DNA of 64,000 bases. It comes from Actinobacillus vicugnae. Its GTDB lineage: Bacteria > Pseudomonadota > Gammaproteobacteria > Enterobacterales > Pasteurellaceae. Each line of letters opens with the position of its first letter. Position 1 is the stretch's first letter. The stretch covers positions 48,101 to 112,100 of the forward strand of contig NZ_CABFJY010000033.1 in the NCBI RefSeq assembly GCF_901687125.1, written 5' to 3'. Shown piece by piece: positions 32,859-43,971 of the stretch. The notes under the pieces were generated by a model that saw only the letters and a list, made by a program, of their open reading frames with translations, made no database searches and was not told the origin of the DNA. Both the position numbers and the translations under genes were made by a program.

Positions 32859-33590
32859 ATGCGTATTCCTAGAATTTATCATCCAGAACCCTTAGCCAAT
32901 CAAACTCAATGTATTTTAAGTGAAGATGCCACCAACCACGTTGGTCGAGTATTACGAATGAACGTAGGCGATCAAATTACCTTATTTGATGGCTCAAATC
33001 ATATCTTTCATGCCACATTACAAGCGGTCGAAAAAAAGCAAATTATTGCAAAAATTGATTCAAGTGAATTAGATAATCGTGAATCTAATTTACCGATTCA
33101 TTTAGGACAAGTAATTTCTCGTGGTGATCGCATGGAATTTACTATCCAAAAATCGGTTGAATTAGGCGTTAAAACCATTACCCCACTTTGGTCTGAACGT
33201 TGTGGTGTGAAACTTAATGATGAACGCCAAGACAAAAAATTACAGCAATGGCAAAAAATTGCGATTGCTGCTTGTGAGCAATGTGGTCGTAATGAAATTC
33301 CTGAAATTCGCCCAATTATGAAGCTAACTGATTGGTGTAAAGAGCAAGACGATATGTTGAAATTGAACTTGCACCCTCGTGCAAAATACACTATTCGCCA
33401 ATTACCTCATGTCCCTGAAGCAGGGGTTCGTTTATTAATTGGTTCAGAAGGCGGACTTTCTGCAGAAGAAATTGTGATGACTGAAACCCAGGGTTTCACC
33501 GAAGTGTTACTTGGCAAACGAGTATTAAGAACAGAAACTGCTTCACTCGCAGCCATTACTGCACTGCAAGTATGTTTTGGAGATATTTAG
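32859..33590 (+). CDS. rsmE: 16S rRNA (uracil1498-N3)-methyltransferase
   Basis: [12 protein letters not shown]… and a C-terminal SPOUT knot region. Confidence 0.9.
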   Translation: MRIPRIYHPEPLANQTQCILSEDATNHVGRVLRMNVGDQITLFDGSNHIFHATLQAVEKKQIIAKIDSSELDNRESNLPIHLGQVISRGDRMEFTIQKSVELGVKTITPLWSERCGVKLNDERQDKKLQQWQKIAIAACEQCGRNEIPEIRPIMKLTDWCKEQDDMLKLNLHPRAKYTIRQLPHVPEAGVRLLIGSEGGLSAEEIVMTETQGFTEVLLGKRVLRTETASLAAITALQVCFGDI

Positions 33591-34151
33591 ATGTTAGAAA
33601 ACCTACAAGGCAAATTTCTAATTGCAACGCCCGAAATCGATGACGATTATTTTGATCGAACTGTGATTTATATTTGTGAACACAATAGCAACGGTGCAAT
33701 GGGGCTGGTGATTAACACCCCAACTGATTTATCTGTTTTAGAGTTGATTACACGTATGGATTTCCAAATGGCGAATCAACGCAATTATCATAAAGATCAA
33801 ATGGTGTTGAGCGGGGGGCCTGTCAGCCAAGACAGAGGTTTTATCGTTCACACCAAAACCGCACATGAATTTTTACACAGCTACCGCGTGACCGATAATA
33901 TTTTCCTAACGACATCTGGCGATGTATTAGATAGCCTCGGTAAACCAGAAGCACCAGAAAAATTTATTGTTTGTTTAGGTTGTGCCACTTGGAAACCTGA
34001 ACAGCTTGAACACGAAATTGCTCGTAATTACTGGCTGATTTCAGAAGCGAATGAAAAAACATTATTCGAAACAGGTTATTTAGAACGCTGGGTTGAAGCA
34101 AATGAAATGCTTGGCATTTCTGGCGTATTGGCTCGTTCAGGCAGAGCCTAA
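33591..34151 (+). CDS. yqgE: YqgE/AlgH family protein (UPF0301)
   Basis: [44 protein letters not shown]. Confidence 0.85.
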   Translation: MLENLQGKFLIATPEIDDDYFDRTVIYICEHNSNGAMGLVINTPTDLSVLELITRMDFQMANQRNYHKDQMVLSGGPVSQDRGFIVHTKTAHEFLHSYRVTDNIFLTTSGDVLDSLGKPEAPEKFIVCLGCATWKPEQLEHEIARNYWLISEANEKTLFETGYLERWVEANEMLGISGVLARSGRA

Positions 34152-34192
34152 CAAGCGGTCTAATTTTCATCATTTTTTGCAATAGGAAAAGC

Positions 34193-34606
34193 ATGGCAAG
34201 AACAATTCTCGCATTTGATTTTGGTACTTACAGCATTGGGTGTGCGGTGGGGCAAGATATTACTGGCACAGCACAAGGCTTACCCTCCTTCAAAGCACAA
34301 AACGGCATTCCCAATTGGGAACAAATTGAAAAAGTGATTAAAGAATGGCAACCTGAACGCTTAGTGGTAGGCTTGCCATTAAATATGGACGGCACGGAAC
34401 AGCCACTCACCCAACGTGCAAAGAAATTTGCTAATCGCTTAAATGGGCGTTTTAATTTACCCGTTGAGCTACAAGATGAACGCTTAACCACTGTTTCAGC
34501 TAAAGCGGAAATCTTTGAACGAGGTGGCTATCGTGCGTTAAAAAAAGATAAAGTCGATTCAATTTCCGCCTGCTTAATTTTAGAAAGCTGGTTTGAAACC
34601 CAATAA
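34193..34606 (+). CDS. ruvX: putative pre-16S rRNA nuclease / Holliday-junction resolvase-like YqgF
   Basis: [21 protein letters not shown]…. Confidence 0.9.
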   Translation: MARTILAFDFGTYSIGCAVGQDITGTAQGLPSFKAQNGIPNWEQIEKVIKEWQPERLVVGLPLNMDGTEQPLTQRAKKFANRLNGRFNLPVELQDERLTTVSAKAEIFERGGYRALKKDKVDSISACLILESWFETQ

Positions 34607-34611
34607 AAACA

Positions 34612-34645
34612 AAAGACCGCTGACAAGCGGTCTAATTTTTGCGAT
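34612..34645. terminator. USS-based hairpin AGACCGCT-gaca-AGCGGTCT followed by a T-rich tail
   Basis: Seen directly. It lies between the convergent ruvX and the phosphatase gene. Confidence 0.6.
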
Positions 34646-34657
34646 TTTTTGTAAGTA

Positions 34658-35290
34658 TTATACCAAATGATCTATACTATTAAACTCGACTAATTCCACT
34701 TTACCATTTTCAACTACCGCTCGATTAATCGCTGTGTTAATCACAAAACTGTGTTTGGTTTCATCACGACATTCCGACCAATGCAAGCCACGCAATACTG
34801 CAGTCAATACGGTTAGCGTCATACCATGTGCCACAATTAACACGTTTTCATTATCTTGATGTAATTGTGCAATTTGGTTGAACACTTTGATAACTCGATT
34901 ATAAAGCTCTTCGTAAGTTTCTCCGCCATTAGTTTCAGCACGATATTCTGCGGGTGTTTTTTTCATCGTCCAATATTCATCATGCGTATGTAAATCAACA
35001 GATTTTGTACCTTCCCAAAGCCCAAAATCAAACTCATTTAAACCGAAATGATGAAAGTGCGGGACATTTTTATCATCATTTTCCGCCAAAATATAATTTG
35101 CGGTATCTTGCGCACGTTTTTGCATACTTGAATAAGCGGCAGAAAATTTAACTGCTTTTAAAGCTCTGCCTGCTTGTTTTGCCCCTTCAATTCCCTCTTC
35201 AACGAGCGGTGAATCGCCCGAGCCTTGCAAACGCCCTTCTAAATTCCAAACGGTTTTACCATGACGGACTAAATAAATGTTGAGTGCCAT
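34658..35290 (-). CDS. histidine phosphatase family protein (phosphoglycerate-mutase-like)
   Basis: LVRHGKTVWN catalytic RHG motif. The ATG at 35290 has AGGGAA upstream. Confidence 0.75.
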   Translation of the reverse strand: MALNIYLVRHGKTVWNLEGRLQGSGDSPLVEEGIEGAKQAGRALKAVKFSAAYSSMQKRAQDTANYILAENDDKNVPHFHHFGLNEFDFGLWEGTKSVDLHTHDEYWTMKKTPAEYRAETNGGETYEELYNRVIKVFNQIAQLHQDNENVLIVAHGMTLTVLTAVLRGLHWSECRDETKHSFVINTAINRAVVENGKVELVEFNSIDHLV

Positions 35291-35339
35291 ATTCAATTCC
35301 CTGTTAAAATAATTAAAATTATTCGGAGTATAGCAAAAA

Positions 35340-35981
35340 ATGACTGAAAAATTGACTATTTGCTTGCAACATCATGACTTTGTCGTAATTGATAAACCTG
35401 CTGGTATCAGCGTACACAAAGATGAGGAAGCGGTCGGATTAACCGAAAAATTAGCAAAACAATTACAAGTGAAGCAAGTTTGGCTTGTACATCGTTTAGA
35501 CAAAACCACTTCAGGCTTACTGATTTTTGCACTAAACAAACAAGCTGCAGCAAATTTTTACCACTTATTTGAACAGCATAAAATTGAGAAAACCTATTGG
35601 GCACTCAGCGATCAAAAACCCAAAAAGAAACAGGGCAAAATTGTTGGCGATATGCAAAAAAGCCGTAACGGTGCATGGAAATTATGTCATAGCAAACAAA
35701 ATCCTGCTGTTACCCAATTCAGTTCATATTCGGTTGAACCTAATTTACGCCATTTTATCTTACGGCCGAAAACAGGTAAAACCCACCAATTAAGAGTCGC
35801 AATGAAAAGCTTGGGTAGCCCGATTTTAGGGGATAGTTTATACGCTGGCACAACAGCGGATCGTGTTTATTTGCACGCTTATCAACTAAAATTTGATTAT
35901 CAAGGTGAATCTTTTTGCATCCAAACTCTGCCTACAAGCGGTCAAATTTGGGCTAAAATTTGTAAAACTAAAAACATATAA
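35340..35981 (+). CDS. RluA-family pseudouridine synthase (TruC/YqcB-like)
   Basis: …VVIDKPAGISVH…VHRLDKTTSGLLIFA… is the catalytic Asp motif. Confidence 0.75.
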   Translation: MTEKLTICLQHHDFVVIDKPAGISVHKDEEAVGLTEKLAKQLQVKQVWLVHRLDKTTSGLLIFALNKQAAANFYHLFEQHKIEKTYWALSDQKPKKKQGKIVGDMQKSRNGAWKLCHSKQNPAVTQFSSYSVEPNLRHFILRPKTGKTHQLRVAMKSLGSPILGDSLYAGTTADRVYLHAYQLKFDYQGESFCIQTLPTSGQIWAKICKTKNI

Positions 35982-36005
35982 AATTGATATTAAATAGAGG
36001 ATATT

Positions 36006-37301
36006 ATGAGCTTATTTGAGGCAAGTTTAATTATTTTGTTGTTAATTATTGCCAGTGCGATCATTTCTTCCGCAGAAATTTCATTGGCTGGCGCTAGAAA
36101 ACTGAAGCTGCAAGCGATGATTAATGAAGGTGATCTGCGTGCTGAAAAAGTACTAAAATTGCAAGAACAACCTGGTCGCTTTATCACCGTCGTACAAATT
36201 GGCTTAAATATGGTGGCTATTTTGGGCGGTGTGGTGGGCGAAAGTGCGATCAATCCCTATTTCAGCCACTTATTAGCGCAATATACGCAAGCAGAATGGG
36301 TCGACAGTGCAGCTTCTTGGATCGCTTTTATTATGGTGACCTCTGCCTTTGTGCTATTTGCCGACTTAATGCCAAAACGTATTGCGATGACCTATCCAGA
36401 AAAAATTGCGGTGCGTACTATCGGAGTTATGACATTTTGTATCGCATTATTTAAACCGCTAGTGCTGTTTTTTGATTGGATTGCGAATGCTTTATTCAAA
36501 CTCTTTCACGTTTCAACTGTACGCCAAGACAATATGACCTCAGAAGATATTGTTGCTGTGGTAGATGCAGGAGCTAAAGCAGGGATCTTAAAAGCACAGG
36601 AACATTATTTAATCGAAAATGTATTTGAAATGCAAGAACGTCGTGTCACTTCAACCATGACTACCCGTGAAAATATTGTGTTTTTAAACCGCACCGATAA
36701 TCGAGAAAAAGTATTAGAGACACTGGGTGAAGATCCTTATTCAAAAGTATTGATTTGTGATGACGGTTTAGACAAAATTTTAGGCTATATCGAAACCCAC
36801 GATTTGCTTACTCAATATCTAAAAAACGATAACGTATCGCTAACGGATACGAAATTACTGAAAAAATCATTGTTTATTCCCGATACGTTATCACTTTATG
36901 AAGTGTTGGAACTGTTTAAATCTGCTGGTGAAGATTTTGCCGTGATCGTGAATGAATATGCGCTGGTTGTTGGGATTTTAACACTCAATGACGTAATGAG
37001 CATTGTAATGGGAGAATTAGTTTCAACGGAAGAAGAACAAATTGTTCGCCGAGATGAAGACTCATGGTTAATTGACGGCGCAACTCCGCTTGAGGACGTA
37101 ATGAAAGCGCTCGAGATTGAAAGCTTTCCTAATGCAGAAAATTATGAAACTATCGGCGGCTTTATGATGTATATGCTACGCAAAATCCCGAAAAAAACCG
37201 ATTTTGTACTGTACGATCAATATAAATTTGAAATTATCGACACCGAGAATTTTAAAATCGACCAACTAATGGTTTCTTTCCGAAAAGACCTTCAAAACTA
37301 A
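36006..37301 (+). CDS. HlyC/CorC-family transporter (DUF21-CBS-CorC_HlyC; YtfL-like)
   Basis: N-terminal DUF21 TM domain, a CBS pair and a C-terminal CorC/HlyC transporter-associated domain. Confidence 0.8.
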   Translation: MSLFEASLIILLLIIASAIISSAEISLAGARKLKLQAMINEGDLRAEKVLKLQEQPGRFITVVQIGLNMVAILGGVVGESAINPYFSHLLAQYTQAEWVDSAASWIAFIMVTSAFVLFADLMPKRIAMTYPEKIAVRTIGVMTFCIALFKPLVLFFDWIANALFKLFHVSTVRQDNMTSEDIVAVVDAGAKAGILKAQEHYLIENVFEMQERRVTSTMTTRENIVFLNRTDNREKVLETLGEDPYSKVLICDDGLDKILGYIETHDLLTQYLKNDNVSLTDTKLLKKSLFIPDTLSLYEVLELFKSAGEDFAVIVNEYALVVGILTLNDVMSIVMGELVSTEEEQIVRRDEDSWLIDGATPLEDVMKALEIESFPNAENYETIGGFMMYMLRKIPKKTDFVLYDQYKFEIIDTENFKIDQLMVSFRKDLQN

Positions 37302-37308
37302 ACATTGT

Positions 37309-37339
37309 AAAAAGGCTCCAAATCAACTGGAGCCTTTTT
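37309..37339. terminator. Bidirectional hairpin AAAAAGGCTCCA…TGGAGCCTTTTT
   Basis: Perfect 12-bp stem between convergent genes. Confidence 0.8.
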
Positions 37340-37340
37340 A

Positions 37341-37640
37341 TTACCAATGATGACGATGTCTGTGGTAGCCGTAGCCAATGCCGATACTCGGATAAATCAC
37401 AGGCTCTCTTACCACCTGTCTCACCACTTTCGGGCGCTTGTCGCTTTGATTCAATGGTTCATCTGCCTCCACTTGCTGTGCTACACGTTGCTTTTGTTTT
37501 GCAGAAACCGTGTTACCACTTGCCACTCGCTGTTGATATTCCGCTACCGTTTTCATATCTAACGGCACACTGCTTTGTTGTGGCGGTGTAGCACAAGCTG
37601 CCACCACTAAAGACAAAGCAATGAAGGTTAAACGTTTCAT
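37341..37640 (-). CDS. small lipoprotein with His-rich C-terminus (…YGYHRHRHHW)
   Basis: Signal peptide plus lipobox LSLVVAAC. Confidence 0.5.
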   Translation of the reverse strand: MKRLTFIALSLVVAACATPPQQSSVPLDMKTVAEYQQRVASGNTVSAKQKQRVAQQVEADEPLNQSDKRPKVVRQVVREPVIYPSIGIGYGYHRHRHHW

Positions 37641-37672
37641 GATTTTTTCCTCTTTGTCAAAATAAGCGGAAA

Positions 37673-38212
37673 TTAGACCGCTTTCATTGATTTTTTATCC
37701 TGTTTACTACGCATTTTTTCCAAAATTTTACTCATAAAATCAGGCATTTTTTTGATCGGCTCAATGATAATTTCATCTGCTAGTAACTGGTTTTCTAACG
37801 CTAAATACATATTCAGCACCGTATAAACATCAACTTGGTGTTGATTTTTAAAGAAATTCATTAAGCGATATATTTCAATTTGAAGTTGTAATTTATGTGC
37901 AATTCTTTGGTAATTTTCGACCGCTTGTAGGCTCACATTCACATTACTGATCACAATTAGCACGGACTTTTGCGGATATTTTTTAACAAATGCCCATGCC
38001 TCCTCTAATTTTTGTTCAGCCAGTTTTTTCGCTAATTGAAAGCGCTCTTTTGTCCAAATATACCGCCCATTTTGGTATAGAAATTGGTCATTTTCAATAT
38101 GAAAAATTTCTGCCATTGGAAATTGGCGCTTAAACGCTTCAATTTGCTGTTGAGCAAAGGTCGATTTTCCCGAACCAGAATGCCCACGAATAATAATCAA
38201 TTTTTTCATCAT
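37673..38212 (-). CDS. uncharacterized P-loop NTPase (kinase-like AAA domain)
   Basis: Walker A GHSGSGKST at residues 10-17. There is no SD, and the ATG lies 2 nt after the rplT terminator U-tract. Confidence 0.55.
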   Translation of the reverse strand: MMKKLIIIRGHSGSGKSTFAQQQIEAFKRQFPMAEIFHIENDQFLYQNGRYIWTKERFQLAKKLAEQKLEEAWAFVKKYPQKSVLIVISNVNVSLQAVENYQRIAHKLQLQIEIYRLMNFFKNQHQVDVYTVLNMYLALENQLLADEIIIEPIKKMPDFMSKILEKMRSKQDKKSMKAV

Positions 38213-38240
38213 ATAAAAAAGGACGCCCGAAGGCGTCCTA
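38213..38240 (-). terminator. rplT terminator (AGGACGCC-ttcg-GGCGTCCT followed by U6)
   Basis: Seen directly. Confidence 0.8.
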
Positions 38241-38257
38241 ATCTCTATTCTTTAAAA

Positions 38258-38614
<357 letters not shown>

Positions 38615-38680
38615 TTAATCTCCTAAATGTAATAAATTGAACTAAAATTCACTAAAGTACGTTTTAACTTGACTCAACGC

Positions 38681-38878
38681 TTATGCGTATGGTAAGCACG
38701 CTACTACTAATACTTGGTCTGCTTTCGCTACCATTGATTTGTGGCGTAAGTGACGTTTACGTTTAGTGGTTTTCTTAGTCAAAATATGACGTAAGTGAGA
38801 TTGTTTACGTTTGAAACCGCCTGAAGCTGTTTTCTTGAAACGCTTAGCAGCACCACGTACTGTTTTAATTTTAGGCAT
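38681..38878 (-). CDS. rpmI: 50S ribosomal protein L35
   Basis: [33 protein letters not shown]…. Confidence 0.95.
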
Positions 38879-39124
38879 TGTTTAATAAACTCCGCATTGT
38901 TTTATCAAATACATAATAATCAGGCGAAAAATTCGCTTATTGCTAAGCGTACTTTTACTTGGAAGCACTGATTATCTCGAATGGAGCGTTACCGCTCGTA
39001 AGCTTATACAGCTTAAAAAGCAAATCAGGCTGCGAAATGTGCCTGTAGATTGCTTTACTCCTCTTTTTACAAAAGAGAAAGCGGACGGATTTTATAGGAT
39101 CCGCCCGCTTTATGCAAGAATAAA

Positions 39125-39657
39125 TTATTTTTTCTTCGGTGCAATAACCATCACAGCTTGACGACCTTCCAGTTTACCTGGTGCTGATTCAACTACTGCA
39201 ACTTCAGCGGTATCTGTTTTCACACGCTCTAAAACATCCAAACCGATATCTTGGTGTGCCATTTCACGACCACGGAAACGAACAGTAATTTTTACTTTAT
39301 CGCCATCTTCTAAGAAACGTAAGATACTACGTAATTTGATTTGGTAATCGCCTTCATCTGTACCTGGACGGAACTTAATTTCCTTAATTTGTACGACTTT
39401 TTGCTTTTTCTTCTGCTCTTTTGCCGCCTTTTCTTTTTCGTAGATGAACTTACCATAGTTCATAATACGACAAACTGGCGGTTCCGCATTAGGGCTGATT
39501 TCAACCAAATCTAATTCAGCATCTTCCGCTCTCGCCAAAGCATCTTGAATTGACACAATTCCAACTTGTTCGCCATTTTCATCAGTTAAGCGAACTTCTT
39601 TCACGCCACGAATTTCATCATTTAAACGATGTGTGCGATTTGACTGAACACGTTTTA
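39125..39657 (-). CDS. infC: translation initiation factor IF-3, with the conserved non-canonical AUU start codon
   Basis: Extending the track ORF upstream gives …[27 protein letters not shown]…, which aligns with the E. coli IF3 N-terminus. The frame opens with ATT at 39657..39655, preceded by AGGAA. Confidence 0.9.
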
Positions 39658-39835
39658 CAGGTTTAATAGTATTATTCCTCTAGATAGTTACTTGGTGTTT
39701 TGCAACCTTGGTTGCAAAAAATAGTGGTCATTTATTCTACGCCACAAAGGCAAAACAAAAACAGCATGATTCTACTTGAATTATTTATTTTAAGCAAGCC
39801 TCTACAATATTTTACTGTTCGTTTCAAACAAAAAT

Positions 39836-39860
39836 AGCCATACAAGCTTTGCATGGCTAC
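39836..39860 (-). terminator. Hairpin AGCCAT…ATGGCT followed by ATTTTTGTTTG after the lipoprotein operon
   Basis: Seen directly. Confidence 0.45.
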
Positions 39861-39875
39861 CATTTTCTAAATAGG

Positions 39876-40535
39876 CTATTTCTTTGCCTCTTCTTTTCCA
39901 TAAAACGGATGGCGAGGACCAACTAATAAACCGCCCGATTTACCGATATAAACAAGATTACTCATTGCAGATGCTGAAACTTCATAACCCTTATCTTTTG
40001 TGGTGTCTACAACTTGGCTAATTGCCGCTTTAACTAGAGCAGTCAAAGCACCATCATTTTGATGTGTTGAGCCTTGAGCATAAGCTCCCGTTCCCTCCCA
40101 CAAGGTTTTACCCGTTTTTAGATCTACTAGTTTTCCTTCTAATTTTACCTCTGTAACGCTATCAAAAACTTTATAGCTTGTGCCATATTCATTGACATTA
40201 ATATATAAAATACTATCTGCGCCGAAGATATCATAGACTTTTTTAATGTTCGCACTACGAATTGCATTGCTATCTGTTAAGCCATTTTGCTTAAACATCT
40301 CATCAACTAGAGATACAGGAAAAACATAATATCCTTTCTCAGCTAAAGGATAGCTAGCACGAGCAAGTACACTACTATCAGCCTTTACATCTACAGAGTT
40401 ATTTGTTGGCATGACAACCAAAATAGATTTTGGCTTACTCTCTTTTAAGGCACTATAATCATACGTAGGAGCCGTTTTTTGTACACAAGCTGATAATAGA
40501 ATAGCACTTGTAATTAAGAGCAATAATTTTCTCAT
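39876..40535 (-). CDS. DUF799-family lipoprotein (GNA1162-like)
   Basis: Lipobox LLSAC. About 215 aa. Sits in an operon with the next two genes. Confidence 0.6.
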   Translation of the reverse strand: MRKLLLLITSAILLSACVQKTAPTYDYSALKESKPKSILVVMPTNNSVDVKADSSVLARASYPLAEKGYYVFPVSLVDEMFKQNGLTDSNAIRSANIKKVYDIFGADSILYINVNEYGTSYKVFDSVTEVKLEGKLVDLKTGKTLWEGTGAYAQGSTHQNDGALTALVKAAISQVVDTTKDKGYEVSASAMSNLVYIGKSGGLLVGPRHPFYGKEEAKK

Positions 40536-40546
40536 TCTACTTATCC

Positions 40547-40894
40547 TTATCTTTTACGTTGTAAATGTTGCATAAAGACTTTACTTTCAGGAAATAATTG
40601 CTGTTCTTGCTGGAATGCATTTTGTGCCTCGAGAGTTTTCCCCTGCTTTAATAAAGCAAGTCCCAAATGTCCATACACGCCTGGTGCGACAGGTTTATTT
40701 TTTTCCTTTGCGGTTTGAATAATATTATTCAAACTATCTGCTTGTTTTGCAAAATCATTCGGTTCATTGTAATAACTGTAAACGACATCCGAATAATTTC
40801 CCCAATAATATATATCGGTATCAACCGATTTAGACAAGCAACCTGCTAACATCATCGTAATAGCAACAAATACACCTGCATAAATCTTGTTCAT
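40547..40894 (-). CDS. DUF4810-like small lipoprotein
   Basis: Lipobox MLAGC. 115 aa. Middle gene of the triad. Confidence 0.5.
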   Translation of the reverse strand: MNKIYAGVFVAITMMLAGCLSKSVDTDIYYWGNYSDVVYSYYNEPNDFAKQADSLNNIIQTAKEKNKPVAPGVYGHLGLALLKQGKTLEAQNAFQQEQQLFPESKVFMQHLQRKR

Positions 40895-40903
40895 GCTTAC
40901 TCC

Positions 40904-41578
40904 TTAGTTAGTTGGATTCCAGCGCCCAGTTTCAATACCATTTACGAGATTATTTACCGCTTCTCTAATTGCTAGATCAAGTACTTTGCCATTTAAGGTT
41001 GAATCATAACCCGCTGTACCGCCAAAACCTAAAACTTCTCGATTTGATAAGTTATATTCGCCCGCACCTTGTACCGAATAAACCACTTCCGAAGTATTTA
41101 CATTCACCACATTAAGCGTCACTTTTGCGTAGGCGACTTGCTCTTTTCCACGGCCTAAAATACCAAATAATTGATGATCACCCACCGTTTTACGGCCGAA
41201 TTCTGTTACATCTCCTGTAATAACATAACTAGCACCCTTAAGTTTTTGTTGTTGCCCTTTGATTTTAGCTTCAACCGCCGCTTCACTCATATTTGTTCGG
41301 TCAAGTACAGAAAAACGCCCCGTTTGCTGTAAATGGGAAACTAAAATTGTTTTTGATTGATTGCCCAGCTGATCTTGTCCATCTGAAAACACACCATTTT
41401 GAAAACTGGATTTATTATCAAACTTACCAATTGAAATAGCCGATTTTACACCGTGATAATTTGCAGCAGTACTTGCAACCTGTGTTACCGTTGGTGCAAT
41501 AGTTCTAGATCCTTCAGTTGCACATCCCATTAAACTAAGTGTTGCAACACATAATGTAGTCATTAGTAATTTTTTCAT
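40904..41578 (-). CDS. CsgG-family lipoprotein (curli-secretion-channel-like)
   Basis: Lipobox LSLMGC. 224 aa with CsgG-like beta-rich composition. Confidence 0.6.
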   Translation of the reverse strand: MKKLLMTTLCVATLSLMGCATEGSRTIAPTVTQVASTAANYHGVKSAISIGKFDNKSSFQNGVFSDGQDQLGNQSKTILVSHLQQTGRFSVLDRTNMSEAAVEAKIKGQQQKLKGASYVITGDVTEFGRKTVGDHQLFGILGRGKEQVAYAKVTLNVVNVNTSEVVYSVQGAGEYNLSNREVLGFGGTAGYDSTLNGKVLDLAIREAVNNLVNGIETGRWNPTN

Positions 41579-41672
41579 TTATAACTCCTTTTAGTTAGAT
41601 AGAAACTCACTTGGGATTCTAGCATATCGAAAAATGCTTTTAAATATACAAACCTTGACTTAAATAAACAAA

Positions 41673-41700
41673 AAAGCGGTCAAATTTGACCGCTTTTTTA
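41673..41700 (-). terminator. thrS terminator: perfect inverted USS pair AAAAAGCGGTCAAATTTGACCGCTTTTTT
   Basis: Seen directly. Confidence 0.8.
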
Positions 41701-41712
41701 CAAATAATGAAA

Positions 41713-43644
41713 CTACTCTTCGCCTAATAATTTAAGTTCACGAGCCTTCACTTGGTTTTTTAGAATTTCAACAAATTCTTCAATAGTGAATGTGCCTAAA
41801 TCCGCACCTTTACGAGTACGTACCGATACTTTGCCCGCTTCGATTTCTTTATCGCCACAAACTAACATATACGGCACGCGGCGTAAGGTATGTTCACGTA
41901 CTTTAAAGCCCACTTTTTCGTTACGTAAGTCTGATTTCGCTCGGATACCTGCATCTGAAAGTGCTTTTGTCACTTTTTGTACATAATCCGCTTGGCTATC
42001 TGTAATATTCATCACCACCGCTTGTGTCGGTGCTAACCATGTTGGGAAGAAACCAGCGTACTCTTCAGTAATAATACCGATAAAGCGTTCGATTGAACCT
42101 AAAATCGCACGGTGAATCATCACTGGTGTACGACGACCATTATCTTCTGCAACATAAGAGGCATCTAAGCGACCTGGTAATGCGAAGTCTAACTGAATCG
42201 TACCGCATTGCCATTCACGATCTAAACAGTCACGTAATGCGAACTCAATTTTCGGACCATAGAATGCGCCTTCACCTTCTTGAATTTCATAACTTAAACC
42301 GTTCGCAGTTAACGCTTTCGCTAAACCGTCTTCCGCACGATCCCACATTGTATCTTCACCGATACGATTTTCAGGACGGGTCGAAAGTTTTACTTGAATA
42401 TTACTAAAGCCAAACGTGCTGTAAATGTCGTACACCATTTTGATACAGCTGGTTACTTCAGATTCAATTTGATCTTCAGTACAGAAAATATGCGCATCAT
42501 CTTGGGTAAAACCACGCACTCGCATTAAGCCGTGTAATGAACCTGATGGTTCGTTACGGTGGCACGAACCAAATTCTGCCATACGAATTGGTAAATCACG
42601 GTACGATTTTAAACCTTGGTTAAAGATTTGCACGTGACCTGGGCAGTTCATCGGTTTAATTGCATATTCACGGTTTTCAGATTGAGTGGTGAACATTAAA
42701 TCTGCATAGTTTTGCCAGTGACCTGTACGTTCCCAAAGCACTCGATCCATCATAAACGGACCTTTTACTTCTTGGTAATCGTACTCTTTTAATTTGGTAC
42801 GCACGAAAGTTTCAAGTTCACGGAAGATTGTCCAACCATCGTTGTGCCAGAACACCATACCTGGTGCTTCTTCTTGCATATGATATAAATCTAATGCTTT
42901 ACCAATACGGCGGTGGTCACGTTTTGCCGCTTCTTCTAAACGAGTTAAATATTCGCTTAATTGTTTTTTATCTGCCCACGCTGTGCCGTAAATACGTTGT
43001 AACATTTTATTTTTGCTATCGCCACGCCAATATGCACCCGCTACTTTTTGTAATTTAAAGTGATGGCAGAAACGCATATTTGGCACGTGAGGACCACGAC
43101 ACATATCAATATATTCTTGGTGATGATATAACGCTGGCGTTGCAGTGCGTTCAATATTTTCATCTAAAATCGCCATTTTGTATGGTTCGCCACGTTTTTC
43201 AAACGTATCACGTGCTTCTTGCCAGCTAACGCGTTTTTTTACAACGTCATAATTCGTTTTAGCCAGTTCAAGCATACGTTTTTCGATCGCATCTAAATCT
43301 TCTTGTGTGAGTGAGCGATCTAAATCTACGTCATAATAGAAACCATTGTCGATTGTCGGACCAATCGCCATTTTTACATCTGGGAATAATTGTTTGATCG
43401 CATGACCTAATAAGTGCGCACATGAGTGACGAATGATCTCTAAACCGTCTTCGTCTTTTGCCGTAATAATTTCAAGTGAGCTATCTTCAGAAATGAGGTC
43501 GCACGCATCACGGCGTTCGCCATTTACACGCCCTGCGATGGTTGCTTTTGCAAGCCCTGCACCGATTGAAAGAGCTACTTCCATGACAGAAACAGGATTA
43601 TCAAATTGGCGTTGTGAGCCGTCTGGTAAAGTGATAATAGGCAT
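41713..43644 (-). CDS. thrS: threonine--tRNA ligase
   Basis: [28 protein letters not shown]… is the TGS domain. Class II motifs follow. AAGGAT lies upstream of the ATG at 43644. Confidence 0.95.
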   Translation of the reverse strand: MPIITLPDGSQRQFDNPVSVMEVALSIGAGLAKATIAGRVNGERRDACDLISEDSSLEIITAKDEDGLEIIRHSCAHLLGHAIKQLFPDVKMAIGPTIDNGFYYDVDLDRSLTQEDLDAIEKRMLELAKTNYDVVKKRVSWQEARDTFEKRGEPYKMAILDENIERTATPALYHHQEYIDMCRGPHVPNMRFCHHFKLQKVAGAYWRGDSKNKMLQRIYGTAWADKKQLSEYLTRLEEAAKRDHRRIGKALDLYHMQEEAPGMVFWHNDGWTIFRELETFVRTKLKEYDYQEVKGPFMMDRVLWERTGHWQNYADLMFTTQSENREYAIKPMNCPGHVQIFNQGLKSYRDLPIRMAEFGSCHRNEPSGSLHGLMRVRGFTQDDAHIFCTEDQIESEVTSCIKMVYDIYSTFGFSNIQVKLSTRPENRIGEDTMWDRAEDGLAKALTANGLSYEIQEGEGAFYGPKIEFALRDCLDREWQCGTIQLDFALPGRLDASYVAEDNGRRTPVMIHRAILGSIERFIGIITEEYAGFFPTWLAPTQAVVMNITDSQADYVQKVTKALSDAGIRAKSDLRNEKVGFKVREHTLRRVPYMLVCGDKEIEAGKVSVRTRKGADLGTFTIEEFVEILKNQVKARELKLLGEE

Positions 43645-43861
43645 TTTTATATCCTTGTTACAGTGGTCACCCATACGAGAGGTGACTTGTTGGTTTAAAA
43701 ATAAAAACCGCTTACAAGCGGTCTAATTTGAATCGTTTTTTACAATTTGTTTTACATCACCCCAACCATGGATGAATCGCAAAACGAGTGAATTTTATCA
43801 CAAATTCTCAATAAGCGGTCTTATTTATCCGCTAATTTGCAAAATTTCTATAAAAATTTAG

Positions 43862-43890
43862 GCTTCACTGCCGTATAGGCAGCTTCGAGA
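43862..43890 (+). CRISPR. Solitary, degenerate type I-F CRISPR repeat with no spacers
   Basis: CTTCACTGCCGTATAGGCAGCTTCGAGAAA contains 21 consecutive nt identical to the I-F consensus GTTCACTGCCGTA(T/C)AGGCAGCT. This includes the Cas6f hairpin CTGCC-GTATA-GGCAG. It lies 80 bp upstream of cas1. No second copy is found anywhere in the window. Confidence 0.6.
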
Positions 43891-43971
43891 AAAAAAAACT
43901 AATTTATTTCGGTGCGCTTGCCCTTTCATTACCATAGTGGCAATTTAAATTATAAATGACAAGGAGCTTGT

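Noticed and set aside
43675-43971. A CRISPR array upstream of cas1
   Set aside because: Only one repeat-like sequence is present. There is no second repeat or spacer periodicity anywhere in the window.
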